A stretch of DNA of 43,723 nucleotides from assembly GCA_947625165.1 (NCBI GenBank), contig CANQNH010000003.1, positions 1-43,723 of the forward strand, in the 5' to 3' direction. Shown here piece after piece: positions 36,814 through 43,723 of the stretch. A program made the position numbers and the translations under genes. The notes under the pieces were generated by a model. That model saw only the letters and a list, made by a program, of their open reading frames with translations, searched no databases and was not told the origin of the DNA. The DNA comes from an uncultured Clostridia bacterium. Its GTDB lineage: Bacteria > Bacillota > Clostridia > Christensenellales > UBA1242. Positions within the stretch are counted from its first letter, which is position 1. Every line of letters starts with the position of its first letter.

Positions 36814-37392
36814 TTATTTTGCAGATTTTGTTTCGTTTTGTTTCTTCAGCTCTTCCAAAATGCCTTCCAAAAGTTCTTCCTGAGTTGGTTTTGGTGGTGG
36901 TGGAACTTCTTTTGTTTTTTCGCGAAGTTCAAGAGTTGCCCTCTTCACTTCGTTGTGGTCACGCATATTGACACCCTGTTCTTTCAAAACTTTTTTCTCT
37001 TCTTTTGTTGGCTGACCTTCAGTTGCCTTCTTTGCAATGTTGCGTGCATTCATTGCCACTTTCAAAATGATGAAAAGCACAAGTGCAATCAACAAGAAGT
37101 CCAAGATTGCTGTGATGAATGCGCCCCAATCAATGTATATTGTGTGCGACCAGTCAATCACCTGCTTCGCCTCGTCAAGATATGCCGGCTCGCCCAAAAT
37201 GGTGTAGGCGCTTTCAAGACCGCCTGCCCCAGCCAAAGCCCAATTGATGAGTGGCATCAAAATTTTGTTTGTCAGCGCTGTGACAATTGCACTGAACGCC
37301 CCGCCAATGATGACGCCGACAGCAAGATCAAGAATGTTTCCGCGTGAAATGAACGCTTTGAAATCTGCAAAAAACTTTTTTATTCTGTTCAT
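36814..37392 (-). CDS. mscL: Large-conductance mechanosensitive channel
   Basis: [45 protein letters not shown] and PTQEELL..I..EL motifs. AGGAG RBS before ATG 37392. Confidence 0.93.
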   Translation of the reverse strand: MNRIKKFFADFKAFISRGNILDLAVGVIIGGAFSAIVTALTNKILMPLINWALAGAGGLESAYTILGEPAYLDEAKQVIDWSHTIYIDWGAFITAILDFLLIALVLFIILKVAMNARNIAKKATEGQPTKEEKKVLKEQGVNMRDHNEVKRATLELREKTKEVPPPPKPTQEELLEGILEELKKQNETKSAK

Positions 37393-37496
37393 AATTTTTC
37401 TCCTATGTTTATCATATAACATTTGCCTCGAAAAAAGCAAACGAAATCAAACAAAAATATGTTTTTTCTGAAGCATTTTTTTCTCTACGCAATGTC

Positions 37497-39488
37497 CTAT
37501 GCAATTCCGATATACTTCAAAGTCAGTTCTTGCGCGTCTTCTTCAGAAGCGCCATATTGATATCCTGCAACGGTCAATTGATAAACAACATTGTTGTCTG
37601 ATCGCTCAGGATGCGAACCCTCACACACCAATTCGTTGAAAAACTCAAAATCTTCGGCATACACGCTTGACAAAATTGAGAATTTCAGATATATCACATC
37701 TCCGTCTTTGACCGCAACAGTCACAGGTTGTCCTTTGCTGAGAACGCTGTATTGCAAATCCTCAACGTTTCCGCTGTCTCCGTCCAAGACTGCATATTGC
37801 ACACTTGAATAGGCAGAAAGGACACGGTCAGGGACATCAAACCCAAGTTTGACAAATTTGGAATATCTTTTAAATTGGTTGAACACAAATTCAACATCTT
37901 CAGTGGCCACAAATTCAATACGGAATTTGTCGAATTTGGCAGTTGTTCTGTTGAAGGTCGCTTTAAATGTGCGCCCGTCACCCAAGTCACACTCCACATC
38001 CTCTTTCTTTTCAAAATCGTTTGTCTGCTCTGAAAGAATTGTTTTCAAATTGAAAAGTTCTGTTTCTGGACCCACGCCTTTCTGAACTGAAACGGAATAA
38101 TCATAAATGTCATAGCCAAAATTATACGCGTTTCTGTCAGCATCATAGGCATATTCCCACAAAATCGCGTTCTTTAATTGCTCATTTGTAAGCGCATTGC
38201 CATCATCGTCCTTTGCAAGCACAGAATTGAGATCTCCACCTGTGGAAACCGTTTTGAAATATGGGGTGAAACAATATCTGTTTGAGCCGTTTTCCTGCGT
38301 TGTGATTGAATAGGTCAGTTTGTGAGTGTTGGAAAGTTGTATTCCTTTCACTGATATTGCAAAACAATTCCCCCACTCATAATCGGAATCCGAAACTTTC
38401 CAATCGTCAGGCGTTTTTGCCTGAACTTCAAACGTCAAAAGATCATCTGTCTGCGTTTTTGGGGAAAGTTTTTTGTCGTTTATGTAAACTTCCATTCCTT
38501 CATAGTTGGCATAAGAAGTGTTTGTTTTTTTCACGGAAAATTGAAGAAGGTCGTTGTATATCGCAAAATCTGGCAGACCTGTCACGTCATACACCAAATT
38601 CTCCTCTGGCGCAATCACTTCAAATTGCTTATATTCCACCTTGCTGAAATCGACCAACAGTGTCCACTCCGCTTCTTTTGCAACCTCTTCGCCCATGTCA
38701 ACAACGTAATACACAAATTGATTGTGGATTGAAGATGTGTCATTGTTTTGTATGAACGAAGCAACACATTTCTTTGTGCCGTCTGCCGCTTGAAGCACAA
38801 ATGGCGAATTTTCAACAGTCAAATTCCACTCAGGAAGTTGAATGATGTCACCGCCGACAAACCTTATTCTGAAACTCTGAAATTTGTTCAAAACAGGGTC
38901 AGTTTCCTCTTTGTCAAATTCGTGTGTGAAATTCTTTTCGCCCGCGCCTGCAAGAAAAGTGCCAAGGTTGACATAATCCTTGCCGTCCTCATTTTCAAAG
39001 CAGATCTCCGTCAAATTCAGTTTCTGATTGGTTTCTTCGTCAGTTTCTTCGTTGTAAACTTTCTGCAAATTGAATTTTGTGGAAATTTCTCTCACGCCGC
39101 TCACAACAATATCATAATCTTTCTTCACTCTGCCAAACAAAAAGTTGGCATAAAGCGTTTTTCCATTTTTCACATCAAAACTTTTTTTATTGAGATTTTG
39201 TGTTTCTCCGTTCACTTCAACGCAAAGCCCAGAAAGGTCATATCCCTCTTCTGCACAACGAATTTCCACCGTTATATTTGAATTTCTGCTGACAACATAG
39301 TTTTGTTTATTGTCCTCAGGCTGCCCCATCAAAATTCTTTCATCATCCAAAATTGTGACGGTGACCGGCGCAGCGTTGTTTTCAACGGAAATATTGAATG
39401 TGTCCCTCTGACCGAAACACCCTGTCAGTGCAAGCCCTGACACAAAAAGCACAAAACACATTGCAATGCTCAAAACGAGTTTTTTCAT
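37497..39488 (-). CDS. Large beta-rich lipoprotein of unknown function
   Basis: GGAGG RBS, ATG 39488, MKKLVLSIAMCF...LTG-C lipobox, 663 aa. Confidence 0.8.
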   Translation of the reverse strand: MKKLVLSIAMCFVLFVSGLALTGCFGQRDTFNISVENNAAPVTVTILDDERILMGQPEDNKQNYVVSRNSNITVEIRCAEEGYDLSGLCVEVNGETQNLNKKSFDVKNGKTLYANFLFGRVKKDYDIVVSGVREISTKFNLQKVYNEETDEETNQKLNLTEICFENEDGKDYVNLGTFLAGAGEKNFTHEFDKEETDPVLNKFQSFRIRFVGGDIIQLPEWNLTVENSPFVLQAADGTKKCVASFIQNNDTSSIHNQFVYYVVDMGEEVAKEAEWTLLVDFSKVEYKQFEVIAPEENLVYDVTGLPDFAIYNDLLQFSVKKTNTSYANYEGMEVYINDKKLSPKTQTDDLLTFEVQAKTPDDWKVSDSDYEWGNCFAISVKGIQLSNTHKLTYSITTQENGSNRYCFTPYFKTVSTGGDLNSVLAKDDDGNALTNEQLKNAILWEYAYDADRNAYNFGYDIYDYSVSVQKGVGPETELFNLKTILSEQTNDFEKKEDVECDLGDGRTFKATFNRTTAKFDKFRIEFVATEDVEFVFNQFKRYSKFVKLGFDVPDRVLSAYSSVQYAVLDGDSGNVEDLQYSVLSKGQPVTVAVKDGDVIYLKFSILSSVYAEDFEFFNELVCEGSHPERSDNNVVYQLTVAGYQYGASEEDAQELTLKYIGIA

Positions 39489-39663
39489 AAATCCTCCAAA
39501 ACAGATTTTCCAAAGCAAACACAAAGCAGGATGTGACATCTTATTGATATATTTTATCACAAAAACAAATCTTTACAAAACAAACTAGCAAATTTTTTCG
39601 GCTTTTTCAGAAGAATTGTAAAACCTTTCGGCACAATCCTGTGCTTTTAAAGCACCTTTCTGC

Positions 39664-39693
39664 TTGACAAAAATCGACATAAAAAGATATAAT
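39664..39693 (+). promoter_or_regulatory. Sigma-A promoter
   Basis: TTGACA-18 bp-TATAAT upstream of the GAGGT RBS and ATG 39729. Confidence 0.7.
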
Positions 39694-39728
39694 CTTCACA
39701 GAAAGACAATCTTGAAGAGGTAAGTTTG

Positions 39729-40805
39729 ATGACAACCGCACTTTTTATAGGCAGATTTGCACCATCACACAAAGGACATATTGATGTAATAATGCACCTT
39801 CTCGACAACTTCGACAATGTTGTGATTGGGCTTGGAAGTTGCTATGAAGCAGGGTCAAGCAGACATCCGCTGCTTGCAGTGTTCAGAGAAAAAATGCTGC
39901 TTCTCAGCATTCAGGAAAGAGGCGGTGATTTGTCACGGGTCAAAGTGGTTTATTTGGAGGACCACCCAAAGTTTGAAGATTGGCTCAGCGATGTGCTTGA
40001 GGTCTGCAATCTTTTCAATGTCACGCATTTCATAACGGGCAACAAAGAGGAGATTTTGGATGTTCTTTCCACAAAAAACATCAACCTGCCTTTCAAGTTC
40101 ATCAATCCGGAACTAACAAGCAATTTTTCCTTTCACGCCACGGAACTGAGGAACGCCATTCGGGACGGCGATTTTCAAAAAATGAAAGAAATTGCTTCCT
40201 ATGGCACATTGATGTTGATGGGCAACGTTGACGGACTGAATGGAATGCGCTTGGCACTTGAAAATTCGGGCAGGCTTTTCAATGTTGGAAGGCAGACAGT
40301 TGACCTGGTTTTCACGCTTCAAGAACGCGCACTTTCAACAACTGGTGATGCACACTATGACACCTATGTTTTGTGTGGCTATCGCCCAAAGGACAAAGAG
40401 GACTACCCCAACTTTTTGGGGCTTGTTGGCGATATGATAAACAAATTTGAATCGCCAATATCAGCAGTTTTGCGCGCCCTCAAACAGAGGACAAACATTG
40501 ATGCAACATTGGAAATGAACACCACTGAGCCTGCAATTCTGACTCTCAAAACAGATAACAAACCAGTGCTTGCGGAGTTGAAATTTTTGGAACTATACAC
40601 CGACAAACAGCATTCTGGAAGTCACGGCGGTTCAAGCCAAGCCTTTCACATAAACATCGTTGGCGAAAGAAATATGTTTGACAACATTTTGAAAAAAGGC
40701 AGATTTTCATTTATGCCAGCGGAAAAAGCGCTTGAAATCGGCCTTGCTTATCAACAAACAGAAATGCTTGCTGATGCCCTAAACAAACTTAAACATTATG
40801 CTTAA
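39729..40805 (+). CDS. NadM-type NMN adenylyltransferase fused to a degenerate Nudix domain
   Basis: GRFAPSHKGH (HxGH), IGLGS..HPL..FREKML and HATELRN motifs. The C-terminal part has TVDLVF and a Nudix-box-like GDMINKFESPISAVLRALKQRTNI. Confidence 0.8.
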   Translation: MTTALFIGRFAPSHKGHIDVIMHLLDNFDNVVIGLGSCYEAGSSRHPLLAVFREKMLLLSIQERGGDLSRVKVVYLEDHPKFEDWLSDVLEVCNLFNVTHFITGNKEEILDVLSTKNINLPFKFINPELTSNFSFHATELRNAIRDGDFQKMKEIASYGTLMLMGNVDGLNGMRLALENSGRLFNVGRQTVDLVFTLQERALSTTGDAHYDTYVLCGYRPKDKEDYPNFLGLVGDMINKFESPISAVLRALKQRTNIDATLEMNTTEPAILTLKTDNKPVLAELKFLELYTDKQHSGSHGGSSQAFHINIVGERNMFDNILKKGRFSFMPAEKALEIGLAYQQTEMLADALNKLKHYA

Positions 40806-40809
40806 AAAG

Positions 40810-40985
40810 CACCCCTCAAAAAAAACAAATTTGAAAAACAAATAAACAAAAATTTTGAAAGACGCAAAACAAGAAAAAAGAATTAAAAAACAAATAAAAA
40901 TAACAAAAAAAGCGAAAAATCCAACAAAAAATCAAAAAAAATGCAACAAATTTTGCATTTTTTCTTATTTTTTTTGTTTTTGCTG
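40810..40985. repeat. Phased A-tract array ending in an AAAAATGCAA/TTGCATTTTT palindrome
   Basis: One A-tract in nearly every 10-nt block from 40881 to 40941, then an inverted repeat centred near 40949. Confidence 0.7.
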
Positions 40986-41774
40986 CAAATTTTCTGCAAC
41001 TTCTGGGATTGGAATTGGTTTTAAATTTGCTTGGCGCTTTTCCACAATTTCTTGTGTTGGCATATTCAAAAATTTGTAGTATTCATCAAAATCTCCCAAA
41101 ATCGCATATGAGGACATATAGTTGCTGTCAGTGGCATTTGAAAGGAGTTTGTTTCCTCCCTTTGCAAGACTTTTCATATAGTCCTTCAAATAGACAGGCC
41201 CAAAATCATCTTTGTCTTGCAAAAAATCGCCCTCTTTGCAGTGTATCATCGAAGAAATGTCGATGATGATTGGCTGGTCTGTGAATGTTATTGCATTGAC
41301 TGCGTGCCCCATTTGTTTGCCGCCCATCTCCACTCTGCAACCAACATAGTGGCAAAGTGGCGCATCTTTTGTGTGAAGATAGTCAATCAGTGTCAAAAGT
41401 GCAAATGCCTGAGCAAACTGCTGACAAACGCCCTTTCCGGTTGTCAGAAGCCTTGCAAGTGAAGTTTCGTTCTCTTCAAAACTTTCTGCTTTGAAAGGCT
41501 TAATTTCTTTTTGCTTGCCAAGAGCAAACTGCTCGACAAAATAGTCCATATATCTTGCCTTCCTTGACAAAATTTCATCTCTCTGTTTTTTGTCATATGA
41601 AAAGTGTTCCACAAAAAAGTTGATATAAGCCGTCAACCTCTCTGTCATTTCCAGCCCTTGAAACTGCTCGAAAACAGCGGTGAGAAAATTCTTCACAAAT
41701 TCTTTTCGTGTTTTGCCCTCAATTCTTTTGCCGTCAACATCTCCAACAAAAATGTCAGTTTTGTTTTCTTCCAT
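40965..41774 (-). CDS. Cytoplasmic transglutaminase-like (Cys-His-Asp) protein
   Basis: TGKGVCQQFAQAFALL ... GHAVNAI ... IIIDIS motif order. No signal peptide. Confidence 0.7.
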   Translation of the reverse strand: MEENKTDIFVGDVDGKRIEGKTRKEFVKNFLTAVFEQFQGLEMTERLTAYINFFVEHFSYDKKQRDEILSRKARYMDYFVEQFALGKQKEIKPFKAESFEENETSLARLLTTGKGVCQQFAQAFALLTLIDYLHTKDAPLCHYVGCRVEMGGKQMGHAVNAITFTDQPIIIDISSMIHCKEGDFLQDKDDFGPVYLKDYMKSLAKGGNKLLSNATDSNYMSSYAILGDFDEYYKFLNMPTQEIVEKRQANLKPIPIPEVAENLQQKQKK

Positions 41775-41780
41775 AAAGAA

Positions 41781-41809
41781 AGCATATCACAAACTCACAA
41801 AAAATGCAA
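41781..41809 (-). promoter_or_regulatory. Promoter probably giving a leaderless transcript
   Basis: TTGCAT-17 bp-TATGCT (extended TG), then 6 nt, then ATG 41774. No SD sequence. Confidence 0.6.
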
Positions 41810-42010
41810 GGCAAAAATTCCTTTTTGCCAAAAATTGCACTTTTTTGTTGCATTTTTTATGTTTTTTGCCATTTTTTTGCGTTTTTTTGAATTTTTGTTT
41901 GTTTTTTATGTTATTTTTGCTTTTATTTTTTTGTTAAACTTTCTACTGTTTCTATTTTTCTACATTTGTTTTTTTCTCAAACCTTCTTGTTTTAATTTTT
42001 TTATGCTCTT
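41810..42010. repeat. Phased T-tract array
   Basis: T-tract starts at 41853, 41862, 41872, 41882, 41892, 41902 and 41914. Confidence 0.8.
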
Positions 42011-42033
42011 TTGAGGTCATTTGTCGAAACTTT

Positions 42034-42501
42034 TCAAGACCTTTCAATAACACCGCAGGCAATTTTTTGACCGGAATTTCCCGCAGGTTGAGAAGTGAAG
42101 TCGTCTGGTTGCAGATGAATGACAACCGTCTTGCCAACAATCTCGCTGACGGAAAATCTGTCAGTGTAGAAAACCAAAAACGCCTCGCCTTCCGATGAAA
42201 AGAGCGGCGGCATATCTCCGGCGTGGCTTGGGTGCGGCTGATTGTTTGGATTGAAATGCCCACCCGTCAGCGCAAAATCATCCTTGCAAGACCCACCCTC
42301 GTGAATGTGAAATCCAAAAATTTGCGGCTCTTTGCTTGGCAGGCCCTCAACTTCTGCAACCACCAAAACGCCCTTTTTTAAGGAATAAAATTCCACAACT
42401 CCCAAAATTTTTGGAAACGCGGTCCCGCCTCGGACAACCGAATATGCACTTGGCATCGCTTTGCCAATATACTCAAAAATGCTCTTGTCAACCCTTTTCA
42501 T
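42034..42501 (-). CDS. sodC: Cu/Zn superoxide dismutase family protein without a signal peptide
   Basis: GFHIHEGGSC, GGHFNP, HPSHAGDMPPL, VVIH..PDDF and GNSGQKIACGVI motifs. GGAGG RBS before ATG 42501. Confidence 0.9.
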   Translation of the reverse strand: MKRVDKSIFEYIGKAMPSAYSVVRGGTAFPKILGVVEFYSLKKGVLVVAEVEGLPSKEPQIFGFHIHEGGSCKDDFALTGGHFNPNNQPHPSHAGDMPPLFSSEGEAFLVFYTDRFSVSEIVGKTVVIHLQPDDFTSQPAGNSGQKIACGVIERS

Positions 42502-42579
42502 TTGAAAAAACCTCCAAAATTTCAAATTTTCTGCAATTTTTTATATGTATTTTTTGAAATTTTTGATTTTTTGCAAAAT

Positions 42580-42612
42580 TTGTTGACAAATCAACAATTT
42601 TGGTGCTACTCT
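42580..42612 (+). promoter_or_regulatory. Promoter of marR-degV with an overlapping palindromic operator
   Basis: TTGACA (42583)-18 bp-TACTCT. The inverted repeat TTGTTGA-caaa-TCAACAA (42580-42597) covers the -35. Confidence 0.65.
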
Positions 42613-42637
42613 TGTTTTGGTTCAGAAGGAGTTTTTT

Positions 42638-43072
42638 ATGCAAAACAGATACAAAAATTTTTCGCAACTGATTTTAAACATTTCAAGACAAATCCAAAAA
42701 ATCAAAAACATTGAAATGCAAAAACTTGGCTTCAAAGGCAGTCAAGTTGAAGTTTTGTTCACGCTATATCAAAAATCTGGTGCAACATCAACAGAACTTG
42801 CCGCTGAGTGTGGCGAAGACAAAGCCGCCATTTCGCGCACAATCAAAGAGCTCGCTTTGCGGAATTTGGTTTGTGAAGAAGACAATCCCGCCCAAAAATA
42901 TCGAAAAAAAATCTTGCTCACAAAAGAAGGCGAAGAAGTTGGAAAACACATCACTGACAAAATTTCTTCCTTCGTGGAGATTGGCAGCGCGGGAGTTTCA
43001 GACAAAGACAGAGAAAAACTTTATTGCGTCTTGAAAAAAATCACAACAAATTTGGATGGTTTTTGCAACTGA
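42638..43072 (+). CDS. MarR-family transcriptional regulator
   Basis: AAGGAG RBS and ATG 42638. wHTH segment TSTELAAECGEDKAAISRTIKELALRNLV...YRKKILLTKEG. Confidence 0.9.
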   Translation: MQNRYKNFSQLILNISRQIQKIKNIEMQKLGFKGSQVEVLFTLYQKSGATSTELAAECGEDKAAISRTIKELALRNLVCEEDNPAQKYRKKILLTKEGEEVGKHITDKISSFVEIGSAGVSDKDREKLYCVLKKITTNLDGFCN

Positions 43073-43117
43073 CATTTGTTTGGACAACAAACTTCTGAGT
43101 TTTGAAAGGAGTGTTAA

Positions 43118-43723
43118 ATGGTCAAAATTTTGATTGACAGCGCCTCGGACATCGACCAAAAAGAAGCCGATGAACTTGGTGTTTCTTTGATTGCGATGGA
43201 GGTTCGCTTTGGCGAGCAACTTTTTTTGGATGGGGTCAACTTGTCGCATCGTGAATTTTTTGAAAAACTGATTGAGAGTGATGAACTGCCCAAAACCTCG
43301 CAAATAAACGAATTTTGCTTTGAAAAGGCTTTTGCAGACTTAACAAAAAATGGTGACGAAGTGATTGCGATAACACTTTCCTCCAAACTTTCCGGCACAA
43401 ACGCCTCTGCCAAATCTGCCGCAAAAAAGTTTGGCAGCAAAGTTTTTGTTGTGGACAGTTTGAATGCCTGCATTGGCGAGCGCATTTTATGTTTCTATGC
43501 TCTCAGATTGATTAAAGAGGGCTTGTCTGCGAAAGACATCGTTGAAAAACTTGAAGAGAAAAAACACAAAATTCAACTTCTTGCGCTGCTTGACACACTG
43601 AAATATCTCAAAAAGGGTGGGCGAATTTCCACCCTGGCTGCCATAACAGGCGAAGTTTTGGCAATCAAGCCTGTTGTTTCCGTTGTTGAAGGCGAAGTGA
43701 AACTTGTTGGCAAGGCGGTCGGC
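43118..43723 (+). CDS. DegV/FakB-family fatty-acid-binding protein, partial (runs off the window)
   Basis: Manual translation from ATG 43118 (RBS AAGGAG): MVKILIDSASDI...LPKTSQ...ITLSSKLSGT...VVDS...DTLKYLKKGGRIS...IKPV. Confidence 0.92.
   Translation, partial: MVKILIDSASDIDQKEADELGVSLIAMEVRFGEQLFLDGVNLSHREFFEKLIESDELPKTSQINEFCFEKAFADLTKNGDEVIAITLSSKLSGTNASAKSAAKKFGSKVFVVDSLNACIGERILCFYALRLIKEGLSAKDIVEKLEEKKHKIQLLALLDTLKYLKKGGRISTLAAITGEVLAIKPVVSVVEGEVKLVGKAVG

Overview
This is a 43.7 kb chromosomal window from a low-GC Firmicute. The gene content (yabP/yabQ, long-form gltX, TrpRS-II-like trpS, many lipoproteins) suggests an uncultured, probably spore-forming gut Clostridia lineage; that assignment is inference. 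Housekeeping genes are trpS, gltX, dnaB, typA, an RluA-family pseudouridine synthase, cvpA, a heterodimeric ABC exporter, mscL, a Cu/Zn SOD, MarR-DegV and tRNA-Ala(TGC). They are interleaved with a large set of surface proteins: a partial GLUG-repeat protein missed by the ORF track, a ~3840 aa giant lipoprotein and five other lipoproteins. I found no transposase, integrase, phage gene or CRISPR array. The most unusual signal is non-coding: many intergenic regions are built from A5-8/T5-8 tracts phased at about 10-10.5 bp, often as an A-tract arm followed by a T-tract arm, in a sequence that otherwise appears to avoid TpA. Other points of interest are a G8/C8 run inside a lipoprotein promoter spacer, a NadM-Nudix fusion with a degenerate Nudix box, a possible integrase arm-site scar after tRNA-Ala, leaderless promoters, and a degenerate protein at the divIC position. 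All calls come from reading the sequence by eye, and no searches were run.
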